A stretch of DNA of 33,197 bases from Octopus bimaculoides (Eukaryota): positions 42,144,175 to 42,177,371 of the forward strand of contig NC_068992.1 in assembly GCF_001194135.2 (NCBI RefSeq). The letters are read 5' to 3'. Both the position numbers and the translations under genes were made by a program. Position 1 is the stretch's first letter. Each line of letters begins with the position of its first letter. Under the pieces are notes generated by a model that was given only the letters and a program-made list of their open reading frames with translations, was not told the DNA's origin and ran no database searches. Below are positions 33,154-33,197 of this stretch, piece after piece.

Positions 33154-33197
<44 letters not shown>

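Overview
AT-rich animal genomic DNA with dense microsatellites, seven assembly gaps and many SINEs. The repeat families look like those of Octopus (recognised from memory, not searched). None of the supplied ORFs is a real full-length gene; most are translated microsatellites or N-runs. Manual splice-site reading found five small, phase-compatible minus-strand exons (30792-30867, 30384-30459, 28590-28643, 23435-23535, 16205-16266). They join into a stop-free 123-aa stretch that weakly resembles the LIVBP/ANF-receptor-like N-terminal domain of ionotropic glutamate receptors, so most of the window is probably intronic. The intronic space holds: (i) a decayed Penelope-like GIY-YIG tail followed by a type I hammerhead ribozyme with an intact core; (ii) a short (TA)n-embedded element with a minimal hammerhead whose core is damaged, plus two weaker remnants; (iii) a 262-bp palindrome with head-to-head (TTAGGG)n/(CCCTAA)n at its centre; (iv) a ~500-bp foldback element; (v) a seven-copy same-orientation SINE array; (vi) two inverted SINE pairs; and (vii) mariner, Tigger-like and CR1 remnants. 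No rRNA, tRNA gene or CRISPR array is supported.
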